Of a DNA stretch of 64,000 nucleotides, positions 62,652-64,000 are shown in pieces. Source of the stretch: Myxococcales bacterium (GTDB lineage: Bacteria; Myxococcota_A; Polyangia; Polyangiales; DASUME01); assembly GCA_047601445.1 (NCBI GenBank), contig JASGJH010000001.1, positions 512,001 to 576,000 on the forward strand. The letters are read 5' to 3'. Each line of letters opens with the position of its first letter. Positions within the stretch are counted from its first letter, which is position 1. The position numbers and the translations under genes are program-made. Below the pieces are notes generated by a model. The model was not told where the DNA came from. It saw only the letters and a list, made by a program, of their open reading frames with translations, and did no database searches.

Positions 62652-63218
62652 ATGCGGTCTTTCTCTCGGTTCGGGTTTGGTTTGATGGCTGTCGCGGCAC
62701 TTGGGGCGGGCGCCTGCGGAGGCGATGACGACGGCGGCAGCTCGAGCGTGTCCTCTGGCACCAAGATCAGTGATCTCTCGGACGCCCAAGAAATGACGCT
62801 CTGCAAGGAAATCGCCGACCGCATCAAGCCGCTCAACGACGGACTCAGCGACTTCTCTTGCATCATCGAGGGCCTCACGGCTGAGTCCCAGGGCCTCGGC
62901 ATGTGCGAGGACGTCGCCAACACGTGCAAGAGCCAGCCTGTCGAGGAGGCGGATGCCGGCACAGCTACGGGCGACATCGATTGCACGATGAGCGACGGTT
63001 CGACGGCCGACTGCAACGCTACGGTCGGCGAGTTCCGCGCGTGCATCGATGCGCAGGTCAAACAAGCGCAGACTCTGTTCGGAAGCATCACCTGCGACAG
63101 TGACCCCAACGAGCTCAACAACACTCAGACGCCACCCACTCCCGCGGAGTGCAAGGTGCTCGAGAGCAAGTGTCCGGCCTTCATGAACGAGGTAGACACC
63201 GACATGGGCGGAGTTTGA
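62652..63218 (+). CDS. Hypothetical acidic Cys-rich lipoprotein
   Basis: Lipobox AGAC then GGDDDGG; CNATVGEFRAC. Confidence 0.75.
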   Translation: MRSFSRFGFGLMAVAALGAGACGGDDDGGSSSVSSGTKISDLSDAQEMTLCKEIADRIKPLNDGLSDFSCIIEGLTAESQGLGMCEDVANTCKSQPVEEADAGTATGDIDCTMSDGSTADCNATVGEFRACIDAQVKQAQTLFGSITCDSDPNELNNTQTPPTPAECKVLESKCPAFMNEVDTDMGGV

Positions 63219-63310
63219 GCGAACCCGCTGGGGCGCTTTGCGGAGCTCAGTGCACGCGCACGGGGCGCGCAGGTTTGCTCGCGCGCAGCACGCCCATTCA
63301 GAGTGCGCGA

Positions 63311-63742
63311 CTAGTCGTCGCGTGAGACCTTGGAGCGGCCAGCCTTGGTGCGGGCGCGCTGCTTCTTCTCGTCCACACGGCGAGCTTTGGCGGCGCGACT
63401 CGGCTTGGTGGCCACACGCCTCTTGGGTCTGGTCATGGCGCGCTCGAGCAGTGCCACCAGCTTGGCCTTGACCTCGTCCAGATTACGGCCTTGCTCGCGG
63501 TACTCCTGGCTCACCACCAGGATGCAGCCCTCGGCGTCCACGTTGCGGCCCGCCAGTGCCACCAGGCGCAGGCGCGTCCCCTCGTCGATCCACTCGACCT
63601 TGCGCGGATCGAACAGCATCTGCACCTTGCTCTCGGTGCGGTTCACGTGCTGGCCGCCCGGCCCTTGAGCGCGCGCCGTGCGGATGCTGAAGGACGCCGC
63701 GGGAATCGAGCGGCGTGCGCCGATGGGAATGTCCTGAGCCAT
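63311..63742 (-). CDS. arfB: Alternative ribosome rescue peptidyl-tRNA hydrolase ArfB (YaeJ)
   Basis: GPGGQHVNRTESKV; basic tail RPKRRVATKPS...KK. Confidence 0.93.
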   Translation of the reverse strand: MAQDIPIGARRSIPAASFSIRTARAQGPGGQHVNRTESKVQMLFDPRKVEWIDEGTRLRLVALAGRNVDAEGCILVVSQEYREQGRNLDEVKAKLVALLERAMTRPKRRVATKPSRAAKARRVDEKKQRARTKAGRSKVSRDD

Positions 63743-63955
63743 GGTCTGTCCACGTTTTAGCAGCCTGGCTCACACGCCAACGCTGCGCGGCGAGGTTCTC
63801 CTGAACGCTCACTGTTCCACGGAATTGTGGGCGAGATCGAGTATTTGGCGTCACCAGTGAGCGCCTCGGCGGCAACTCTGCAGTGCCAGCGAAGGTTGTG
63901 CACTTTCTACGCGAGAACCTCTAGTGTGGCGCCGCAGCTGAAGCTGGAGGTTCAT

Positions 63956-64000
63956 GTGGTTCGACGGGTCTTGTTCGCGGCTTGTTTGTTCGCCGGTTGT
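63956..64000 (+). CDS. Start of a probable lipoprotein (partial)
   Basis: GGAGG RBS, then GTG...MVRRVLFAACLFAGC at the window edge. Confidence 0.45.
   Translation, partial: MVRRVLFAACLFAGC

Noticed and set aside
59524..62700. 1058-aa antisense ORF and similar long antisense ORFs over sdhA, pckG and the S8 gene
   Set aside because: Shadow ORFs expected from high-GC codon bias opposite well-supported genes.

Overview
GC-rich bacterial chromosomal segment, most likely from a myxobacterium. This is inferred from an Oar-like TonB-dependent receptor, a CglF/GltF-like gliding protein, ECF sigma/anti-sigma pairs, a membrane Ser/Thr kinase and about 17 predicted lipoproteins. It mixes housekeeping genes (sdhCAB, pckG, glk, glpK, tyrA, cystathionine beta-synthase, smc, arfB) with many secreted or lipoprotein genes. 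I found no tRNA, rRNA, CRISPR array, IS element or prophage. The most unusual feature is the 1.15-kb intergenic region 3721-4873. It holds two divergent sigma54-type (GG-N10-GC) promoters, each preceded by a tandem pair of 19-bp TGT-N13-ACA palindromes, plus a dense array of YGTTGC half-sites. One promoter faces a subtilisin lipoprotein. The other leads through a c-di-GMP-I riboswitch, whose P1 stem covers the RBS, into an uncharacterised (NGLPKG)5-repeat Cys-rich lipoprotein. Other signals are a structured, partly ydaO-like leader before the TonB receptor, an NrdR-box-like site before smc, an orphan cglF-like gene coupled to an ECF/FecR pair, and a degenerate cyclase/STAND protein. Five single-base frameshifts look like assembly errors. 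All family assignments come from motif recognition by eye; no database searches were run.
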